A stretch of 64,000 bases of DNA from Thermoplasmatota archaeon (GTDB lineage: Archaea; Thermoplasmatota; Poseidoniia; Poseidoniales; Thalassarchaeaceae): contig JAURCP010000002.1 in assembly GCA_030828405.1 (NCBI GenBank), forward strand, positions 3,169 to 67,168, in the 5' to 3' direction. Shown here in pieces: positions 17,725 through 27,468 of the stretch (position 1 is its first letter; each line of letters opens with the position of its first letter). The notes under the pieces were generated by a model that saw nothing but the letters and a program-made list of their open reading frames with translations, had not been told where the DNA came from and did no database searches. A program made the translations under genes and the position numbers.

Positions 17725-19245
17725 CTAATTGACATCACTATTATTGCCAGGATGTCTAAGAATAAGGTTTCTAGCAGCCCATACTTCATCAACACGAGAG
17801 ACATCAGTTGTATATGGAGCACCTTTGATAAGTTCTGGATCTTCGGATAGAACGTTTAGAAAATCAGCTGCAAACTTGTCCAAAACCTCTTTTGATTCTG
17901 TTTCAGTAGGCTCAATCATTAAGCATTCTGGAACTATCATTGGGAAGTAAAGAGTTGGAGCCATTACTCCATAATCAAGCAATCTCTTTGCAATATCTTT
18001 TCCGGTAACTCCCACCTTATCTTTCATTCCTATCATGGATAGAGTAAATTCATGCATAACAAAATCTGTAGGCGCCCCATCTGTAGGCATAGCATGTATT
18101 TTTGATAGAACATCCTTTTCAGGATTCATAATCTTGAAACGAAGATAGTTAGCATTCAATACTGCGTGCTCTGACATCCTCTCAAGTTCTCTACCGTATC
18201 TTCTGTAGAAGGCCCAACAGCGGACTACAGCTCCCGCATTTCCGTGCCACTGCTGAACCTTACCTATCGTATTTTCTGGTGAAATCCAACTATACCAGTA
18301 ACCATCTCCTACGCCCTCAGGATCAGATTCTATGATTTTTCGACGAGAAGCTAGTGGAGAGGGTAGATATTTCGAAAGATGTTTCTTTACACCGATAGGC
18401 CCACTTCCTGGACCTCCTCCTCCATGTGGCTGACTGAACGTTTTATGTAAATTATAATGCACTGCATCAAAACCCATTAAACCAGGATCTGTCTTCCCGA
18501 TTATTGCATTAAAATTTGCTCCATCATAATACATTTGTCCCCCTGCTGAATGAACAATTTCGGAAGCACTGGCTATATCTGGCTCGAATACTCCCAATGT
18601 TGATGGATTTGTGATCATCATTGCAGCAGTATCATCTCCAACGACTGATTGTAAAGCGTCTAGGTCAATTCTTCCATCTTCGCCACTTGGTATCTCAATG
18701 ATTTCGTATCCACACATTGATGCCGATGCAGGATTTGTTCCATGTGCAGAATCGGGAACTATGACTTTGTTCCTATGACCTTCACCTCTTTCACGATGAA
18801 ACTCCTGAATACAACGCATTGCAGTAAATTCGCCTTGTGCACCCGCAACTGGTTGCAAAGTCACTTGGTCCATACCAGAACATATAGCAAGCATTTCCTG
18901 CATTTCATAGAATATTGAGAGTATTCCTTGAATTTGATGTTCAGGTTGTAAAGGGTGCATTCTATCAATCCCAGGAAGATTGACTATTCTCTCGTTAACT
19001 CTCGGATTATGTTTCATTGTGCAAGACCCTAGAGGGTAAAAACCGGTATCAATACCAAAATTTCTTCTAGATAGCCATGTGTAATGGCGAACTAACTCCG
19101 GTTCACTAGCACGTGGCCAAGCAGGTGGACTTGCCCTTAGCATAGAGGAAGGAATTGTACCTAAAACTTCGGGATCTGATAAAATTGGTTCAGGTTGTGA
19201 CCAACCTGCATTTCGAGCACCGTTGAATGAGAATATATCACTCAA
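17725..19245 (-). CDS. gcvPB: Glycine dehydrogenase (decarboxylating) subunit 2
   Basis: PLP-lysine motif NLHKTFSQPHGGGGPGSGP. The length and the 4-nt overlap with gcvPA are typical of the split P-protein. Confidence 0.92.
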   Translation of the reverse strand: MSDIFSFNGARNAGWSQPEPILSDPEVLGTIPSSMLRASPPAWPRASEPELVRHYTWLSRRNFGIDTGFYPLGSCTMKHNPRVNERIVNLPGIDRMHPLQPEHQIQGILSIFYEMQEMLAICSGMDQVTLQPVAGAQGEFTAMRCIQEFHRERGEGHRNKVIVPDSAHGTNPASASMCGYEIIEIPSGEDGRIDLDALQSVVGDDTAAMMITNPSTLGVFEPDIASASEIVHSAGGQMYYDGANFNAIIGKTDPGLMGFDAVHYNLHKTFSQPHGGGGPGSGPIGVKKHLSKYLPSPLASRRKIIESDPEGVGDGYWYSWISPENTIGKVQQWHGNAGAVVRCWAFYRRYGRELERMSEHAVLNANYLRFKIMNPEKDVLSKIHAMPTDGAPTDFVMHEFTLSMIGMKDKVGVTGKDIAKRLLDYGVMAPTLYFPMIVPECLMIEPTETESKEVLDKFAADFLNVLSEDPELIKGAPYTTDVSRVDEVWAARNLILRHPGNNSDVN

Positions 19246-20609
19246 TTAATCACCTCCTTTATCCATTTCTTAACAACCGAAACCAGTGAAGAAATATCTG
19301 AAGGACTGGTCCTTTCATCACAACCAATTAAGATACATGATGAGTGAGATTCCCACCATAATCCTAAAGGAAATCCTGCGATTACTCCTTCAGAATCCAT
19401 GAATGATACTGCTTTTTCTGTATTTCCCGGTATCTTGATGACAAACTCTCTAAAATTCGACGAATTGGGATAGAGTAATTCTACCCCCTCAATTGAAGTT
19501 AGGGCTTTTTTAGTGGCTTCTGTTGACGCTGCAACTCTCTTAGCCAAGACAGTAATTCCATCAGGCCCTAACAGAGACATATGCATAGCACCCATTAAAG
19601 CGATTAAAGTCTCATTAGAACAAATGTTTGAGGTGGCTCTATGCCTTCTGATATGTTGTTCACGAGTAGATAGGGTCAAGGTAAATGCTTTTTTTTCGTT
19701 TGTATCATGAGTCTGCCCTACTATTCGACCGGGCATCTGCCTGATGTATTTCTCATTACAGGCAAATATACCGTAAATTGGACCACCAAAAGTAGGACCT
19801 ATTCCGAACGGTTGGCCTTCACCTACAACAATATCTGCACCCCAATCTCCCGGAGGAGTGACTAAACCAAGAGAAACAGCGTCAACACCAACAATCAACG
19901 CAGTATTCTCACCAATTTTTTCCTTGAGCTTCATTAAGCCTTCATCCAATATTCCAAAAGAGTTAGGCTGTTCAACATAAACCGCACATGAACCATGAGC
20001 AATGGATGCTGCATTGATATCTAAATGACCATTTTCATCATGTTTGAGCATTTGGAGATTAATTCCAGAACCTTGGACATAATTTTCAATTACAGACATT
20101 CTGTGAGGTGGAACTAGTTCAGAAACATAGATTGTATCTTTCTGAATAGCTTTTTTATTATGAACTCTTATTGCGCAGGTAAGTGCTTCAGCTGCAGAAG
20201 TAGATGCATCGTACATACTAACATTAGATATTGGTAAATTTACTAACTCAGAAATCATTGTTTGGAACTCCCACATGGCCTGAAGCATTCCTTGACTAAC
20301 TTCTGCCTGATAAGGCGTATATGAAGTTAAGAATTCACCTCGAGTTGCTAACATCCCCACCATAGTTGGAACAAAGTTTCTTGAAAGACCGGCAGACAAG
20401 AAAGAAGGTCTTGAGTCTAGATCAATATTGGAACCAAGAAGATGCTGGGCGTCTCTCCAGATTTCTTCTTCAGACTGAGGGGCCGGAAGAGGGAGTGGTT
20501 TCTTTCTTCTAACTCCTTCAGGAATATTAGAAAACAGTTCTTCTATTGAATTTAGCCCCATTACAGAGAGCATTTCGTGTTCGCGACCTAAATTGGGTAG
20601 TTGATCCAT
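19242..20609 (-). CDS. gcvPA: Glycine dehydrogenase (decarboxylating) subunit 1
   Basis: The N-terminus (...EHEMLSVMGLNSIEELF) and the TSYTPYQAEVSQG motif are typical of GcvPA. Confidence 0.9.
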   Translation of the reverse strand: MDQLPNLGREHEMLSVMGLNSIEELFSNIPEGVRRKKPLPLPAPQSEEEIWRDAQHLLGSNIDLDSRPSFLSAGLSRNFVPTMVGMLATRGEFLTSYTPYQAEVSQGMLQAMWEFQTMISELVNLPISNVSMYDASTSAAEALTCAIRVHNKKAIQKDTIYVSELVPPHRMSVIENYVQGSGINLQMLKHDENGHLDINAASIAHGSCAVYVEQPNSFGILDEGLMKLKEKIGENTALIVGVDAVSLGLVTPPGDWGADIVVGEGQPFGIGPTFGGPIYGIFACNEKYIRQMPGRIVGQTHDTNEKKAFTLTLSTREQHIRRHRATSNICSNETLIALMGAMHMSLLGPDGITVLAKRVAASTEATKKALTSIEGVELLYPNSSNFREFVIKIPGNTEKAVSFMDSEGVIAGFPLGLWWESHSSCILIGCDERTSPSDISSLVSVVKKWIKEVIN

Positions 20610-20732
20610 AAGCCTATCACCGGTTCCTTACACTTTCTGGATACCAAATAATGACTTAATTGTTCGTTGGTGGAATCTATACATCTAACCGATATCCTCT
20701 TATTGTTTAGGAAGTAGTCGAGGTACGTTAGA

Positions 20733-21572
20733 ATGAAGGTTGCCATCACTGCGTCAGATACTTTTGTTGCCCCATACATAGTGGAAATGTTAGGGGATGC
20801 TGCAGTAATAATCCCTGATGAAGCCATGAAAGAGCAGTTAACTATTGATGCTTTACTAACTCCTTGTAGCGCACTAATACATATTAATTCTAGGCCTGTT
20901 GAGTCATCATTTGAAAGAAATGATAGACAAACTAAATTGGAAATGATGAATGCAGCAAGACCTATTCTAGATGCCGTAGATAGGCATGGAAGTATCCACC
21001 TAATTATAGTGGGGACTCTTAGAGTTCATCCACAATGGGAACCGGGGGAACCATTTTATGGTCTGGATTCTACATTAGCACCTCGAGATACAGCAGCAGA
21101 AGGTCAGTTATGGATGGAAGAAAACGCATTAGATAGGGCACATTCTGAAAAACCTGTTAGCGTTATTAGAGCATCAAATGTACAAGGTGTTCCACTTTCG
21201 GGACCACCTGGAAATGGCATATTACATCGCTGGGCCAGAGAATCTCAAATAGGATGGATCAATGTCCCAGGTGATGGCTCTAGTCCGAAAGATTTTATCC
21301 ATATTGAAGATCTAATACAAGTGATTGGTGGAATAATCGAAAACCCCCCATTAACTAGGGAAGAAATAGCAGTTGGTTCAGGAAAAGGTATTTCTATGCT
21401 GGATCTAGCAAATATATATAATTCAAAAACTGGTTGTGAAATTGAATTAAATCAAAGCGATGAAGATGAAGTATTCGGGCTTGTGGATGCTTGGGTATTG
21501 GAGGAGAGGCTCGGTTTTAGACCTAGAATTAGTCTTGATGAAATGATAGAAGAATCTTTTGAAGTTTCTTAG
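20733..21572 (+). CDS. NAD-dependent epimerase/dehydratase-like protein with a degenerate nucleotide-binding motif
   Basis: The C-terminal region has PKDFIHIEDLIQ, which is typical of extended SDRs. The N-terminus is MKVAITASDTFVAPYIVEML rather than GxxGxxG. Confidence 0.45.
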   Translation: MKVAITASDTFVAPYIVEMLGDAAVIIPDEAMKEQLTIDALLTPCSALIHINSRPVESSFERNDRQTKLEMMNAARPILDAVDRHGSIHLIIVGTLRVHPQWEPGEPFYGLDSTLAPRDTAAEGQLWMEENALDRAHSEKPVSVIRASNVQGVPLSGPPGNGILHRWARESQIGWINVPGDGSSPKDFIHIEDLIQVIGGIIENPPLTREEIAVGSGKGISMLDLANIYNSKTGCEIELNQSDEDEVFGLVDAWVLEERLGFRPRISLDEMIEESFEVS

Positions 21573-23131
21573 ATAGAATTTACTATCAATCTTTTTCTAA
21601 TCCCGTTCCATGAATCAACTGAAACTTGTAAAGACATTTCAGTGCCTGTTAATATCTTACTAGTATCGTAATCATTAACCATTCTAACTTCAATATCATG
21701 TGTTCCAGAAGTTACATGTAAGGTATTACCTCTCCTATATTCATCGGAAATTCCAATTCCAAAAGTACGATCTACTGTATTTACTCTGAATGATAATTCG
21801 AATAAACTCCCTTTAAATACTGTAATAAGTTCTTTCTGTTCATTCAAGAATCTTGCTCCATTCATCTGACTAATTATTTCTTCTAAAGAAATATTAGTGA
21901 CGTCTGATTCAGAAGTATTGTTATCTGAAGTATTTCCATCTGTGAATGATTTAGAGAGAGGCTCACTATCTGAAACTCTTTCAGGTAACTCGACTCTATT
22001 GGGAATTTCAACTTCATTTGTTTCCGCCCAATGTTCGGAACTTTCTTGAGATACTGGTTCAACTCTATCAGAGACTTCGACTCGGCGAGATTCATTCCAA
22101 GAATCACTAGATTCTAGAGTCTCTTTATTTTCTGAGATAGGCATATCAGTTTCAGATTTAGATTCCATTGTATTTTCTTCTTTTTTAGTTCCCATATCGA
22201 TAGTTGATAGCGCACCAACTGCTGCCCCGGCAATACCTAAACCCGCTACGATTTTCGCATTATCATTTGATAATTTAGTTTTAGCAATAGTGACAACAGC
22301 GTCTGACTTAATTTTCCAAATTGCTCTAGCAGGAGCTCGGATAACCAATGGCAGTTGATTAACTTCAGATTCAAACTTTTCATCCATTGAAAGTTTAATC
22401 GAATCAATAGCTTCATCGCTCTCTGGATTTTCAAGCATTTGCCCTAATTCAAGAGACCAATTCTCTACCATTGAAACCATATCTGATTCTTCATCTTCTG
22501 AACCCTCATAGGTATCATTCTCTGAACCTACTTCATTGTCTATAATAGTAATTTTTCCAGCACCTACAAATCGACGTGTGCCCACAGGAATATTTCCATC
22601 AGCTGGAACTCTAGTCCAGCCACCGCCATACCAATCATTACTGCCATCTTGTTCTCTATCATCCAAACTCCAAGATGGAGCACCACCATCATTAGCATTG
22701 TAAAAATATAATCTACAGCCATTGGAGTTTAAATACCAATTTTTACCATTAATCTTATTAGATTGTAACCTATATTCTCCATTATACTTTTCTTTAACAT
22801 GATTTGAAATAACTAAAGATGAAGAACTTATCATAGTTTTATTCTCAATTCCTAAGAGAGCCATCAATTCATTGGAAGATAATTTTCCACTTCCATCTTG
22901 ATCGATAGCAGAAAAAATAGGTTGTAAATAAGAACGAGGAGCTCGACTACCAGTAAGTTTTTCTAAGCCATTGTCAAACTCATCAATATTAATTTCTCCA
23001 TCACCATCGAAATCAAACTTTGAAATCATTCCTTCTGCATTGAGACCCTTGCTGATTAATAATTTTTCAAGGTTTTTCATTGCAGCGGCAACTAGTTTAT
23101 CGGATATAGCCATGCGTATGCGTGAGGGCAT
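21569..23131 (-). CDS. EF-hand calcium-binding protein with a central TM-like segment, unknown function
   Basis: Two canonical EF loops, DFDGDGEINIDE and DQDGSGKLSSNE. Hydrophobic segment IVAGLGIAGAAVGALSTI. The linker is acidic and Ser-rich. Confidence 0.6.
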   Translation of the reverse strand: MPSRIRMAISDKLVAAAMKNLEKLLISKGLNAEGMISKFDFDGDGEINIDEFDNGLEKLTGSRAPRSYLQPIFSAIDQDGSGKLSSNELMALLGIENKTMISSSSLVISNHVKEKYNGEYRLQSNKINGKNWYLNSNGCRLYFYNANDGGAPSWSLDDREQDGSNDWYGGGWTRVPADGNIPVGTRRFVGAGKITIIDNEVGSENDTYEGSEDEESDMVSMVENWSLELGQMLENPESDEAIDSIKLSMDEKFESEVNQLPLVIRAPARAIWKIKSDAVVTIAKTKLSNDNAKIVAGLGIAGAAVGALSTIDMGTKKEENTMESKSETDMPISENKETLESSDSWNESRRVEVSDRVEPVSQESSEHWAETNEVEIPNRVELPERVSDSEPLSKSFTDGNTSDNNTSESDVTNISLEEIISQMNGARFLNEQKELITVFKGSLFELSFRVNTVDRTFGIGISDEYRRGNTLHVTSGTHDIEVRMVNDYDTSKILTGTEMSLQVSVDSWNGIRKRLIVNSI

Positions 23132-23176
23132 GCAAACATGATACTTGCCCCGTCATTATTTACAAATTACAGGTTT

Positions 23177-24316
23177 CTAAATGAAGGGTGTTTGAACAAC
23201 AATTGATTTGATTCTTCTGCGGCTACTTGCTTGAATCCACAACTCTTGCCCTAAAGATACTTCTTCCAAATAACCCATTGCAATACCTGTTTTATTCAAA
23301 CTTGGAGATGGCCCCCCACTTGTTACGTAACCTACTTTTTTTGCAGAATCGCTTGGGCCATCAAATACCATATGCCCAGGCCGAGGATTAGGACCCCTTT
23401 CCTGACAGACTAACCCGACCCATCTAGCACCTGAACTTAAAGATTCAATCACCGATTCTTTCCCAATGAAATCATGATCTAGATTTAATCCAAAGGGGAC
23501 ATTTGTCTCAACAGAATTTCGAGAAAGAAAACCTTCTGGAATTTGTATTTCTGGCTTAATACCTAGACCTGGCCAGAGAAAATCTTGTCCTGAAAGAAGA
23601 TATCCCTTTTCTAATCTAAGAGTATCTCGTGCCCCTAATCCTACTGGAATAGCCCCCGAATTGATTAGAGAATCCCAGAGAATTGAAGCCTGTCCATTAG
23701 GGATGAATATCTCTACACCTCTTTCACCCGTGTAGCCTGTTCCTTGAATCCATCCAGTAATACCTAAGTTATTCTTGCCGATATCTTGACACGAAAATCT
23801 GGAAACAGTATTCTCTTCACCTAAAACATCTCTCAATATTGAAATTGATTCGGGACCCTGTAGGGCGATAATGCTTGTTTCATTTGACATATCGTTAATT
23901 CTAACTGACCCATCTTTTGGAAGTTTTGAATTGAACCATTCCCACATTGTAGAAATCATAGAGGCATTTGGAACCCCAAAAACACTTTTTTCAGAATTTA
24001 TTGCAAAAATCATATCATCAATTATGTGCCCATTTTCGTCGAGAAAATGTGTGTAACCACATTTACCGCTTGGGAAGTTAATAAACTGTTGAGTACCTAT
24101 TGAATTTAGCCATGGAAGTACTCCATCACCTTCAAACTCAAAAAATCCCATATGTGAAACATCAAATAGACCGGATTTATTCCTGCAAGACATATGCTCT
24201 TCTTGGATTGAAGTATACCAAATTGGAAGCTCAAAGCCATGAAAATCTACTATATTCGCCCCTGCTTCTAAATGATTATCATAAAGAGCAGTCCTTACCA
24301 GTTTACCGTCACTCAT
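23177..24316 (-). CDS. gcvT: Aminomethyltransferase (glycine cleavage system T protein)
   Basis: RTALYDNHLEAGANIVDFHGFELPIWY and GLFDVSHMG motifs. ATG at 24316 is preceded by the SD-like GAAAGGGGT. The ORF-track TTG start at 24343 is less likely. Confidence 0.9.
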   Translation of the reverse strand: MSDGKLVRTALYDNHLEAGANIVDFHGFELPIWYTSIQEEHMSCRNKSGLFDVSHMGFFEFEGDGVLPWLNSIGTQQFINFPSGKCGYTHFLDENGHIIDDMIFAINSEKSVFGVPNASMISTMWEWFNSKLPKDGSVRINDMSNETSIIALQGPESISILRDVLGEENTVSRFSCQDIGKNNLGITGWIQGTGYTGERGVEIFIPNGQASILWDSLINSGAIPVGLGARDTLRLEKGYLLSGQDFLWPGLGIKPEIQIPEGFLSRNSVETNVPFGLNLDHDFIGKESVIESLSSGARWVGLVCQERGPNPRPGHMVFDGPSDSAKKVGYVTSGGPSPSLNKTGIAMGYLEEVSLGQELWIQASSRRRIKSIVVQTPFI

Positions 24317-24409
24317 ACCCCTTTCGAAAAGGAACGGGTGCAAGAAGGTGGCGCTTCGAAGAACAGAAAAATCAATTCAAAAAAAAATCCGACTTAGGAA
24401 GTGGAGAGG

Positions 24410-24417
24410 TTTAAATA
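24410..24417 (+). promoter_or_regulatory. Candidate archaeal TATA box (TTTAAATA) upstream of tfb
   Basis: TTTAAATA lies 36 nt upstream of the tfb ATG at 24453. An SD-like GAGGT at 24441-24445 sits between them. The box is near-palindromic and lies in the gcvT/tfb divergent intergenic region. Confidence 0.4.
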
Positions 24418-24452
24418 GTATCAACACGACTATACAACTAGAGGTTGATAAG

Positions 24453-25466
24453 ATGAATAACGAGTACCGGGGTCAAAAAAACACATCGAATCTCGATGGA
24501 AGAAATAATTCGAGGAAAAAGGAAGTTATTCCAAATAAGAGGCCTTCCCGCTCAAGAGGGACAGAGGCTGTAACTGGTAAGTGTGAAATTTGTGGCTCTA
24601 ATTCATGGGACACTGATTCAGCCCGTGGAGAGACTGTTTGTTCCGAGTGTGGTTTTGTTGCAGCAGAAAATATGATTGATCCAGGGGCAGAGTGGACAAA
24701 TCATTCAAGTGGTGAAGATAGGAGTAGGGTTGGTGCACCTACATCTCTAACTATTTCTGATAAGGGATTATCAACAGAAATTAGTAGAGCAGATCTGACC
24801 TCAGGTGCTGCGGCAAGGCACGGCATGAATGGAAAAAACTTACGAGAATGGCGAAGAAGACAAAGGGTTGATCAAAGAAGTAAAACTAGAGACAGTAGAA
24901 GCAGGAATTTAACCATCGCAATGCAATTCATTAGAGACAGAGGAGGGTTACCTAAACAAATCGAACAAGAAGCAGCGAATCTGTACAGACATGCGATGAA
25001 AGAAGGAATAGTTACTGGAAGAAGCATTAGGGGTGTCACAGCGGCTTGTGTATACATTGCTGCAAGGCAAGCAGGAATACCAAGAAGAATTGATATAATT
25101 GCAAAGGCATTTGATATGGTTACTGAAGTAGAAGAAAAAGAGTTGAAGAGAACAATTCGATTGGTTGCTAGAAAAATGAATACTCACCATATCACAGGAC
25201 CTGAGGAATATTTTGAGAAATTCCATTCGGACTTACAATTGCCTCCTAAGGTCTTGGGTTACACTAGAGATCTGTGGGACAAAGTCGGCGGAAATATGGT
25301 ATGGCAAGGTAAGAAACCTTCGGGAATTGCTGGGTGTATGTTGTACAACGCATCACAAAATAGTAATTCACCCAGGACCCAGAGCGAGGTTTGTAAAGTT
25401 TCAGGAATTAGCGAAGTTACACTTAGAGGGCTATTGAAGATTTTAAATCAAATATTAGATGATTGA
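24453..25466 (+). CDS. tfb: Transcription initiation factor IIB (TFB)
   Basis: Zn-ribbon CEICGS...CSECGF, a B-reader/linker (DPGAEWTNH...RVG), and two cyclin-fold repeats. Start assigned to ATG 24453 (MNNEYRG...); the ORF-track extension back to 24348 has no support. Confidence 0.9.
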   Translation: MNNEYRGQKNTSNLDGRNNSRKKEVIPNKRPSRSRGTEAVTGKCEICGSNSWDTDSARGETVCSECGFVAAENMIDPGAEWTNHSSGEDRSRVGAPTSLTISDKGLSTEISRADLTSGAAARHGMNGKNLREWRRRQRVDQRSKTRDSRSRNLTIAMQFIRDRGGLPKQIEQEAANLYRHAMKEGIVTGRSIRGVTAACVYIAARQAGIPRRIDIIAKAFDMVTEVEEKELKRTIRLVARKMNTHHITGPEEYFEKFHSDLQLPPKVLGYTRDLWDKVGGNMVWQGKKPSGIAGCMLYNASQNSNSPRTQSEVCKVSGISEVTLRGLLKILNQILDD

Positions 25467-25654
25467 TTTATGATTTGAACTGATTCCTTCTTCCATCGAG
25501 TCTCTACGGGCCGCCTTATAATATCTAAGTAGATAAGCTATTGCGGCAATATGAATTATGGCTGTAATCACTATAATTGAGTCCATGATACTGTGAATTG
25601 ATAAAAACGAGTTAATATTTTGAAAAGAAAATATTTCAACTATATATATTTGAA

Positions 25655-26104
25655 TTAACCAATTTCGTAAACCGTCAGAGATATTTCACGTTCCTTAGCC
25701 ATTTCAATTATAATTCTTGTCCATTTACTAGTGGGAGAAGGGATTGCGAGTATATCTGTAGCCGACTTTAGTATCTTCTCAGTAAGTGAATTCGGTGCCT
25801 CTGAGCGGCCTCTATCTCTTAGTGTCCTGTTAGGGTCATCCCATTCTTCTGAAAAAATAGCTATTGGAGTTGAATTATTATCTGCCCAACGTTCTGCCAT
25901 ATAATCAACACCGCTTGCACCACCAACTATTATTAAATCAGGATAACCATTATCGTCAACCCAATTCTCAATTAATTCTTCAAAAATCTGAAAATCATAA
26001 AACCTACTACTACCTACTATTGCTAAATTAATAATATTTCCATCCTGATTGAGATCTTTCTTTCCAAGCGAGTCAACGAGATTCTGTCCGGTTCCCGAGG
26101 TCAT
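25655..26104 (-). CDS. SLOG-superfamily protein (DUF2493 / YspA-like Rossmann fold)
   Basis: Pattern IVGSSRF...LIIVGGASGVDYMAERWA...ILAIPSP, typical of DUF2493 and DprA-like SLOG domains. Confidence 0.55.
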   Translation of the reverse strand: MTSGTGQNLVDSLGKKDLNQDGNIINLAIVGSSRFYDFQIFEELIENWVDDNGYPDLIIVGGASGVDYMAERWADNNSTPIAIFSEEWDDPNRTLRDRGRSEAPNSLTEKILKSATDILAIPSPTSKWTRIIIEMAKEREISLTVYEIG

Positions 26105-26203
26105 TAGTTAGACCAAAGAGGTTCACAGAGATAAATGTCGTGTATAAAAAATACATTATTTGATATCTGATTAGCATTACGGTCAGTATGGTGAGAAGTA
26201 CTG

Positions 26204-27427
26204 ATGTTGGATATTGAGGTAATTCGCGCAGATTTTCCTATACTCGATAGAGTATTACCAAATGGTAAAAATCTAGTATATTTTGATAATGCAGCAACCT
26301 CACAAAAACCTCAATGCGTCATTGACGCTATGAGTAACTTCTATGAAAATTATAATTCTAATGCACATAGATCAAATCATACATTGGCAGACGAAGCAAG
26401 TTCTGCATTAGAGAATGCCAGAAATCAAATCTCTAATTTCTTTGGTGCAAAACCAGAGAATATGATTTACACTAGTGGTGCTACTGAAGCAATTAATCTA
26501 GTCTCTTATGGTTGGGCGAAAAATAATTTAGATAATGGCGATGTAATTGTAATTACAGAAATGGAACATCATGCAGATATTGTACCATGGCAAGAACTTT
26601 CCAAAGAGAAAGGCGTAGAAGTTAGGTATGTTCCAATAAATAATGAAACATTTATGCTAGATATGGAAGCTTTTGAAATCGCTCTAGAGGGAGCCGCATT
26701 AGTCTGTGTAACACATACCAGTAATGTTTTAGGGATTAGAAACCCGATTGAAGAAATAATAAAAATGAGTAAAGAAAATAATTGTAAAGTTTTGATTGAT
26801 TGTGCACAAGGCGCGCCACATGAAAAAATAAATTTCGAAGAGCTAGGTGCCGATTTTTTGGCAATTTCTGCACATAAGATGGCTGGACCCACAGGAATAG
26901 GTTGTCTACTAACATCAAATGAAAGAATTCAGGAGATGGGACCTTTCATGACAGGAGGCTCAATGATCAAAAAAGTCACTACTGATGGATCTACATTCAA
27001 GGATGGACACGCAATGTTTGAAACTGGTACTCCACGAATTGCGGAAGCAATAGGTTGGGGCGCCGCAGTTGAATGGTTAGGGCAATTCAAAATGGAAGAT
27101 ATTCACAATCATGTACATGATATCGCAGCATTCGCAGGTAAAGAAATGACAAAAATACCTGGGATAAAGATTTTTGGAGACCCAACGAATAAAGACTCTT
27201 CAGGGGCTGTATCATTTTTACACGATACAATTCAATCGCAAGATCTGGCATTACTATTAGATCAAGGTGGATATGCAGTTCGTACAGGGCATCATTGTGC
27301 ACAACCACTAATGGATGCTTTAGGAGTTCCCTCGACTAATAGGGCATCTTTCTGGATATATAACACACGAGAAGAAGTTGAAGGTTTCATCACTCATCTG
27401 AAATATATTTGTGAAAGATTCGCATAA
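26204..27427 (+). CDS. sufS: Cysteine desulfurase, SufS type (class V aminotransferase)
   Basis: SAHKMAGPTGIG (PLP lysine), RTGHHCAQP (catalytic Cys loop) and HHADIVPWQ. Confidence 0.9.
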   Translation: MLDIEVIRADFPILDRVLPNGKNLVYFDNAATSQKPQCVIDAMSNFYENYNSNAHRSNHTLADEASSALENARNQISNFFGAKPENMIYTSGATEAINLVSYGWAKNNLDNGDVIVITEMEHHADIVPWQELSKEKGVEVRYVPINNETFMLDMEAFEIALEGAALVCVTHTSNVLGIRNPIEEIIKMSKENNCKVLIDCAQGAPHEKINFEELGADFLAISAHKMAGPTGIGCLLTSNERIQEMGPFMTGGSMIKKVTTDGSTFKDGHAMFETGTPRIAEAIGWGAAVEWLGQFKMEDIHNHVHDIAAFAGKEMTKIPGIKIFGDPTNKDSSGAVSFLHDTIQSQDLALLLDQGGYAVRTGHHCAQPLMDALGVPSTNRASFWIYNTREEVEGFITHLKYICERFA

Positions 27428-27468
27428 ATAAACAATCATTTGAATAAAAAAAACCTTTACGACACTAT

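Noticed and set aside
24348-24452. 35-aa N-terminal extension of TFB in the ORF track (MALRRTEKSIQKKIRLRKW...).
   Set aside because: The extension starts at a non-ATG codon and covers the divergent promoter region, including the TATA-like box. The internal ATG at 24453 has an SD-like GAGGT upstream and leaves a normal TFB with its Zn ribbon near the N-terminus.
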